Of a stretch of 64,000 nt of DNA, positions 55,630 through 64,000 are shown piece by piece. Made by a program: the position numbers and the translations under genes. Under the pieces are notes generated by a model, which saw only the letters and a program-made list of their open reading frames with translations, ran no database searches and was not told where the DNA came from. The stretch's first letter is position 1, and each line of letters opens with the position of its first letter. The stretch is from Chrysomallon squamiferum (lineage: Eukaryota > Animalia > Mollusca): assembly GCA_012295275.1 (NCBI GenBank), contig CM022667.1:16306001-16370000 (forward strand), given 5' to 3'.

Positions 55630-57420
55630 TTTTAATTGCTGTAGCAACTTTTACCATTAACTTTTACAAACTTTGCAATTACTGATGACTGTGTGATTTT
55701 AATGATAAAAACTTTACAGGTAGGCAGTATTTTAACATGTACTGCATTGATATTAAAAGTATGGGATGTTTGTTTGCATTTTCGTTTCTGTTCTTTCTTA
55801 TCTGTTATTATATAGATAGATAGATGAAGAACCTTCTGAATTCATTATGCAAGTCGGTGCAAATTCAGTAACTTTTCAAACTCATAGCAAAAACCAGCAA
55901 AACAAAATACAAAATAAATAAATTACTAAATGTAATAAACTGCAAATCATTTATCAGATATAATTTCTTAATGTGTGTGTGTGTGTGTGTAGACATATAT
56001 ATATAGACACACAGACACAACAAACAAACACATACACAAACATAAACAAATACATGCATGGATAGACATATGTATACATATACACATATACACACATAAA
56101 CACCCACACATATACACACACAGAAACACCCACACATATACACACAAAAATACACATGCACACTCATATACACCACATCTTCTATGAGATCAAAGTCAGA
56201 GAAATTACTTTTCTTATCTCTTGTTAAACCTATGTCATTTTGGTCTTAAGGGTTTGTTTGAAGGTGTTTAAGTTTTACATATATAAAGTAAGCTGAAACT
56301 TACATTACAATATACATATATAAAAAATCATCTTGCCTTCCAAAACATCTCCAGCAACAAAACCAGAATACTTTTATTTTTAACTGATTTTTTAAAATCT
56401 CTACAAATTTTCCTTCACGAAATGTGTTTTCATTATAATATTCATAAAGTTTTAATGATCATAATTTTTTAAACTGTATCATCCTGTTATAAATAATTGT
56501 GCTAATAATAATGCACCACATATACAAACACAAAATACATTCACACACATATACAAATACACATACACCCAGACCTAAAACAAAATGAGGATTAGACAGA
56601 TTATAGCTGAATTATAAACGTTGTTTTATTGTCATTATAATTTTGCAGTGAATGGAACAACATTCAAAGTTAGAAGTTATAGCACTTTTATTTCTTAATA
56701 ATAATACTTGTAAGAAGACAAAAATATGAAACCACCAAAACACCCCAGAATACAGTGTTAAGTTTCTTCAGTTTTTTTAAAATAGTGATTTATAAATGTA
56801 TCCTTATTATATTTAATATAGTATATTTTAATATAATTATAATTAATATTATGGATTATTGAAAAAACAATTTAATATATAATTTATTAATTACTGACAG
56901 ATACTGATAACACTTAAGCTCTGCAAAAATAACTACATAAAAAAAACACACTCTTACATTATTATTTTTTATAAAAAATGTAAGACTGTATCGAAAGAAT
57001 TACTCACTTATTTTCTTTTACCATATAGTAGCATGCAGCAGAACGAAAGGGTATTAATTAAGAAACATGATAAACGTGATTGATGTTGTCAAGCCATTAC
57101 TGAAATGATATGTGAATATTTTCCACAAATTTAAAGATAACCAAAAACAAAAATTTAAAAATGTACAGTTTTATTTTACGAGCAATACCACCAGAATGGA
57201 GAAATGTAATAGAATTTGAAATGTTTGATAAAGGAAAAAATATCTTTTGAAAATTGTTTATCATTTAAATTGTTAAATCTGCCACAGTCAACAAGTTGTC
57301 TTTTTAAAATTCTATTATTGATTTATCTGTTTTAAAATATAATTTGTAAGTACATATAATCTGTTGATTACAAGTATTCAGAATCAGTAATTTCTTTTTA
57401 TGATATGATTGCAATTTCAT
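55630..57420. repeat. Gene-less relic of a TRPV 3' flank
   Basis: Ordered matches to 910-1000 (55660-55750), 35928-36030 (55855-55960), 1640-2010 (56630-56965) and 4250-4365 (57270-57410); no TRPV coding sequence follows. Confidence 0.7.
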
Positions 57421-60400
57421 ATGCAATTTCAATTTCAGATATCAGAGACTGAATAATGTAATTAGACTTAAGGCTATGTAAGGCTATGTGTTCACCGGTG
57501 TAAAATGGATTTAATATACACATGTGCTTGCGTGTCAGTATAGTATGTATGTATATATAAAATTATATATAATTTGTTTACTGGAAACACACGTATGCAT
57601 AAATACATGTACAGATATGCAGGTATTTGTGTGAGTATAGGAGTAAAGATACAATCATCAACGTAATAATTATATGTTACACCAAAATGAAGCATAAAAT
57701 ATGTGTATTTATTTTGCAGACAACTGTTCAGTATTCAAATCTAAAATACATAAAGGTACGATACAAATACTTAAGCACAAAAAAATGTTTTGTTTGTTCT
57801 TGAAATAATTATCTATGTATAATAATTAAATAAATACTTCATATAAATAAATCAAAATATTATATAAATAAAATTTGAAGATGCTAATAACTTGAACAAA
57901 TTTACTTCAACTAGCACTGTGAAAAGAAACAATAATAACTTTGTTTTGTTTGGGTTTTTGACGTCGATGGACAAGAAGTCAGACATGACCAAGATTTAGT
58001 CAGACATGTTCCTGTGTTGTCATAAACCTGCAATCATTTACTTGCCATCAGGTGACATTTGACTCCAAGTTTTCTTCAAGTTGCAACTCCAGTCATGTTA
58101 TTGTTATTTTTGACATTCAGCATCTGATCGTGAAATTTTATATTCCTGCATGTTCTCATTATATAGAATTTTACTATATTAACACGTACTGAATATAACA
58201 TGAGCTGAGTGAAAATAATTAAGCAAACATTCACAAATGCAAACTGAGCTAGTGTATGTGGATAAATTCTTGTTTCGTGCGTGCGTGCTTGCGTTTTGCA
58301 CGCTGTAACTAGAATCACTTTAACTAGTTCGCTTTAACATCTCAGCATAGATTGTTTTATCTGCATGGTTAAAGTGTAAATTAAACAACTTTCATATCAG
58401 GACTGGATATTTTATAAGAGACAGAACTGAAAATTATTGTATCAACCTGTAATACTATAAAATTTTGTTATGAGTTTTGCAGACATATCAGTCTGTAAAA
58501 CCGTACAATAATATTTAACGGAAACTACAAGAACATATCTATAGATGTTTAATGAACATCCAGTCAAATAAATTTAGTAAAAATTAAAAGGAAGGTATAA
58601 TTTTTAGTGTCACTTGTACATTTATTTATATTATGAAACTATGTCACTGTTTATTTTAGTTTGTTCCCAACCAATTATAATTATTAAAAATATTATTATT
58701 ATTTGCAAAATAATTAAAGCTTATTATGATTTAAAAGAAATGAGAAATGGTTGTTTGTGTTTTGAGAGTGTGCATAAAACACAAGCACCTATTTTGTTCA
58801 GAATAATTGGATTAAAAATATTTATGTATTTGTTTTAGTACTGTAGCCACTAATAACAAGTTGTGACATTAAAATAACAGAATTATAAAAATGGATAAAA
58901 TTTAACCATTTTCTGCCTTTGTTATAAGTGCTATGATTAGATTCCACAGATCAGGAATAGCTGTTTTCATTACTTATTTTGTTGCCTTGTTTTAGCCATG
59001 AAAATGTACAAGACCATTTGAAATAATGTAATAACCTCATGTCTTGTTTTCTTTTGTTTTTGTTTGTTTTTTTCTAAATTTATTTGTTTATATGTAATTT
59101 TATTTTTTTTTCGAAAAATAGAAAATAATAAAACTGTTATTATATACTGTATATACTTTTTAAAATGACTTAACATATATATTTTTAAAATTATGATGAA
59201 CACTAAGGCTTACTAATTCTAGTGTATACAGTGAGATAATAGTTACTATCATGAGGTTTCGCGTTGTTTTCTTTTAAATGTGAAAAAGAGGAACTTATTT
59301 ACGAAGTAAACAAAAAGAACTTATACAAATATCTGAAAAGTTTTACATGACGATACTTACAATTTATTTAATCTATAGACACGTCTTTGAATTGTAATTA
59401 CTAATTTGTATCCAGATATGCACAAAAATCCTCGATAGACAGTCCACCAGTTCATAGCGATTTTTTCTATATTCTGTTTAAAATGTTTTAATCTAATAAT
59501 AATGAATTTAGCTTGAAACAGTTTTCATTCAGTTTGCATTCTTTTTACAAAACGACGAGGTACAGTTTTCATTCAGTTTGCATTCAGTTTGACAAAATCA
59601 AATGTCTCTTTAATTGAAAATGTTACGATAATTTACTATATGTTAAAACAGAACAAAACGGAATTGAAAACTGAAAAATAAAATAAAAACACAGAAATAG
59701 TAAAAAAAGAAAAAGTTACGGTTATATATATATATATATAAAAAAAAAAAAAAAAAAAACATCATTGAAATAAAAAAAAAAAAAGCGATTTTCTGTGAAT
59801 TGATTACCTAGATGGAGCATTTCTATGAATCTTCTTTCATATTCTGACATTTGTTTCACAAATAACTACTGTATGTATCGTTTAATAACCATTTGAAATG
59901 AAGCGATAGTTCATGATCCATGAACAGTTATTATGTTTTAAAGATGCGTAACAGTTGCAATTTAAATTTTGTTTTCATTTATTTTATGCAAGAATTGCCT
60001 TTCTGAGAAGAATGTACTGCTAGAATGCATATAAATGTTAATATTAATCAAATATAGATTTTTCAAATATAGATATAACCCCCAAAAAAAAAAAAAAAAA
60101 AAGAACAAACAAAGAAAAACCATAATATCACGGGACAACTTGAAATTTCCCTGCTCCGAAAAGCACATCACGGTATATTAACACTGCATAATAGTTAGCA
60201 CTGACCTGGGTGCCCCACTACACTTAACATGTCATCTATACATGAAAAAATAGCATATATTTCACTGGGTGGTATTTCTTTCTACTCTTGTATATTTCTG
60301 TTGGTATGGTGTTCTTGAGGCCTGGTATAAAGGGTAAAATAGTAAAAAATGTTTAAAAAAATAAATAAATTAATAATAATTAAACATGATTTTTTCAACT

Positions 60401-60507
60401 GCAGTTTTGTTTTTATTTTTGTAGTTTAAATCATATTATTATTATCATTATTTGTTATCAAAGCATAACACAGAATCTGTTGGTAATAGACAGAAGCTGT
60501 TCTGTGT

Positions 60508-60550
<43 letters not shown>

Positions 60551-60858
60551 CTCAGATTTTGAAGATCTAAGAATGTTGACAAACATCTAAGAAAAAAAAA
60601 ATACAATTCAATGTGACTGCTTTCGTCTTCCATTATGTTCATTTGCATGAGGAGATAAAAAAAAAAAAAATGAGTCAACATAAAAAAATACAAGAATGAA
60701 AAAATAGCAATAATGACATAAACAAACAAGTGAAACATGTATGTACAGAAAATAATGCCTGGTGCAGTTTTTTTTTTTATACATAGAAAATCCAAAATGT
60801 ATTATTTTTGTGTTGTTGTTAGACACTCTCACACACACAGACACTCTCTCACACACTC

Positions 60859-60889
<31 letters not shown>

Positions 60890-62749
60890 GCTCAATAAAG
60901 AATACATCTGATTACAAAATGTGCAAACATGTAAGAAACGTCCTTTGTTTATTTTAAATGATAATAATAATAATAATAATAATAATTTAATAATAATAAT
61001 GTATGTTCAGTAATAATGTAATAATAATAAAAAAAATTAATAAAAAAAAATATTAAGTATAAATGGAAAATAGTAAAATTTCAATAAACAAACTTTTTCT
61101 ACCAGATTCTCTTTTCTCTCTTTCCTTCTCTCTAACGAAATATAACCAGTGTTTTTTATCTGGGTTCTATTATGCTCTCTTTCAGGAAGAATAGGCAAAA
61201 AATATTAATAAATAAATAAATAAACCTAGATTGTAAACAAATAGTTGTTCTTGTAATACATGGTTTTCACTCTCATAATCATCGTTAATGCTATTAATAT
61301 ATGATAGAATCTAATAATTGTAAAAAAATCAAATAATAGAAGATTTTCCTTTTAAGCTTTGTGACATTAATATTAAACAAAAGAATAACTTCAGTCAAAA
61401 ACATTCTCATCGTTTTAAATTCCTTTAATAGGCTGGGAGCTAGTTTTAATGACACAGTGAAAGCGTTAAACACAGACATAAACCCACGCAATTAGAAAAT
61501 TCGAATTTTACTACGGCAGCGAATGGAAGTGCCGTGGTCCTCCACACTTGCCTTCGAAGGCATAATTTGGACGATCTCCACCGCAGTAAAACACCAAGGC
61601 CGCACTACCTGATTTGCATGCATCCCGTGAATCCAACTGACGTTCATGTTAATTAGGTATCTGTTTGCTACAAATGACAAGGCAAGCGAGAGAAGAAACC
61701 CCATAAAAAAACATAAATAAACCGCAAAGAAAAGGACCTAAACTCGGCGGCCACAAAAGTTGCAGAGTTAACGATTTTTCTCAGGTGCGAGTAACTAGAA
61801 TAAACTTAGATTTGATTAGTCAATGGCCTGACTATTGTAGCTACTGACCTGCGTCAAACTTGACGACTTGGCATAGTGCTTGCACAGTCGCCACGACATC
61901 TGAATAACGAATGTCAGTGTGATGTGTGATTACTGATCCCTGCAGAACATTAACCCCAAAATTCTGCTAATATGAGAGCTCCAGAAATGTTGGTCCGCCA
62001 TTGTATGTATGTTTGGGTATGTATGTGTATCTTTTTATGTGTGAGTTTGTGTCTGTGTATGAGTGCGCATGTACATGTATGCAGAAACCATATACACATA
62101 TATACCTATATATATGCACACACACAAACACACACTCAAACACACACATGCATATAAAGATACACACATGTATAGACGTTTCCTCGTCAGACATTTTTAA
62201 TTAAAAATCTGTTTTCACACAAATCGTTTAAAACTAAATTAAAAACATGTCTCCGTCAACAAGTAGTTTCCACTGTTGATTCATAAGCTAATAATGTTCT
62301 CAGCTTTTTGTTAACTTTGACATTTACACAGTATACACTCAGCACATGGAGTAGATTGAAAACAATATCAGAACAGTTACATAGTACAAAAGTAATAATA
62401 TGCAATTATAGATAACAGACTGATATTAATCAAAAGGTGTCCTTAACGAGCTATATTCAGAGAGATAGTTCCCAGACCGGTTTAAAATTTTATATTATAT
62501 ATTAATACAATTTAATGTGTTGAAGATTTCATCCAGTGAAAAGGTTTAATATAGTAACTTTTAACATCGTCACATTCGTCTTCAGTTTTGTTTGGATTAT
62601 AATTTCTATCGCTTACGAATGGGTTCTACAATCTAAGCTGTTTAATTAATAGTATTCTAAAATGTTTATGTATGTATGAAAGTGTGTATAATGCACCCTC
62701 ACAAAAAAAATTAAAAAAATAAAAAAACTACCCATAGACACACATATAT

Positions 62750-63190
62750 ACATGAATGGAGGACAAAATTCACTTCACAAAAGCCCATTCAGAAACATTT
62801 CAGTTTTACTTCAGGCTTGAACTCGATTATCTTTAATTTCTCTTTAATTTCTGTTACCTATTCTACAGCATAATAGATAATTATAGTACAACAGATGATA
62901 GTATATTTATTTTATTGCAGAGAACTGGCTCAAACGTCCTTTTCCCTTGCCAGATATTATCTTTTTTCTCTTGAAATATCTTTCACTGAAGTCACACTGA
63001 TAACATCCCAGACCATTGACCAATACTGGGAGATCATTACTGTCATGGGTTCCTTAAGATAGCCCCAGTGACTGTGTTTACCTTATATTAATGTCCCAGT
63101 GTTGTGGAGGAATTTCTCAAGTACTCTAAATCTAAATAAAGATAAATAAACCTCAGACGAGTTAATGATGTTTACGTATCTTTCGATTAT
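62750..63190 (-). mobile_element. Inverted solo LTR-like copy
   Basis: tgcagagaactggc.caaacgtcctt.tcccttgccagatattatc and gatagccccagt reverse-complement the 16020-16430 element. Confidence 0.6.
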
Positions 63191-63199
63191 GCCTCCAAT

Positions 63200-64000
63200 T
63201 CCTGAACTGTAAGTAAAATCACAATTCAAAGCCGTACACGCATCCAACCGTCCATACATATATAAATCAGATACACACATACATACGTACTTAGAGACAT
63301 ACATAGATACACACATACATATATTACCACATTTTAATATTAATGTTCATTACATTTTGAGGATTTTTTAAATTATCTTCCATTTTCTTAAGTGATGTTT
63401 CAGAATGTTATTCTTATTTTTTGGAACTCAGTAAAAAGTGTTTTGATAGAATTATTTGCTGCTAGAATAATTTTTAACACTTCATTAAACCAGTTTGAAC
63501 ATTAGCAGATCTCTCCATTTTGTTCTGTCAAGTGTCATGCTAAGAAAAAAGAAAAAAATTAAACGTTCATTTAAAGAAAAAAATTAACTCTAAATTTTAG
63601 AAACTCATCATGCATGAGACTATTTAATATATTTGAATATGTTTGTATTTTTTTTTCCTTTCCTTTTATGAACATATTTTATATTTGTGTTATATCCGAG
63701 CAAGCTTGTTGTTCTTTATTTAGCCTAATAAGTTTATTATAATAATTTTTTACATGGTACGTCTCTAATGCATTTGTGTTCCCCTTCTCAAATCCTTATT
63801 TATTTAATTTATTTTGTTAATTTTCTAAATAGATTGAAATATGAAATTTGACTCATAGTTTCTAACCCAGGTAATTTCTCCTGTTTATCACCCATGTCAA
63901 AATGATGTGAAGTGAAGATATCAGTTGAATGGAACAGGATGCAGCAGTTATTTAACAAACTTTTACAAACTTTGCAATTACTGAACTATGTGTGACTTTT
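63200..64000. repeat. Start of a further unit, homologous to 1-960
   Basis: ttcattaaaccagtttgaacattagcagatctctccat and aatgatgtgaagtg are shared with 364-400 and 848-862 in the same order and orientation. Confidence 0.8.

Larger units (their letters stand above)
35560..63200. repeat. Segmental duplication unit B of a tandem TRPV array
   Basis: Same colinear blocks as unit A, with independent deletions and insertions. Confidence 0.85.

Noticed and set aside
35560-63200. Unit B as an uncollapsed haplotype of unit A
   Set aside because: The coding blocks and 3' flanks are too diverged, and the units carry different insertions and deletions. Read depth would settle it.

Overview
AT-rich, microsatellite-dense eukaryotic (animal) genomic DNA; an invertebrate, possibly a mollusc, is my inference from composition and gene family, not a determination. 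The window holds two head-to-tail copies of a ~28-34 kb segmental unit. Each carries an intronless minus-strand TRPV-family channel (ankyrin repeats + 6 TM + pore + TRP box): copy A at 4852-7077 (741 aa, intact) and copy B at 38988-41224. Copy B has a frameshift at an A8 run near 39214, but its C-terminal tail stays open in the -1 frame down to the homologous stop. The paralogs are near-identical at the N-terminus and 5' flank but differ at functionally important pore positions (selectivity-filter K vs E, S6 Asn vs Ser, longer two-Cys turret in B). The DNA between the genes is a giant degenerate palindrome. It contains a decayed Ty3/Gypsy element and solo LTRs, a Buster/Charlie-type hAT remnant with an 8-bp TSD, Tx1/L1-like RT fragments, tRNA-Lys and tRNA-Gly pseudogenes, and reciprocally retained exon fragments of a TMEM42-like gene. 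A gene-less relic of the TRPV 3' flank (55.6-57.4 kb) and the start of another unit at the right edge suggest a larger, actively turning-over array. Most short ORFs in the track are microsatellite artefacts. Repeat boundaries were aligned by eye and are approximate.
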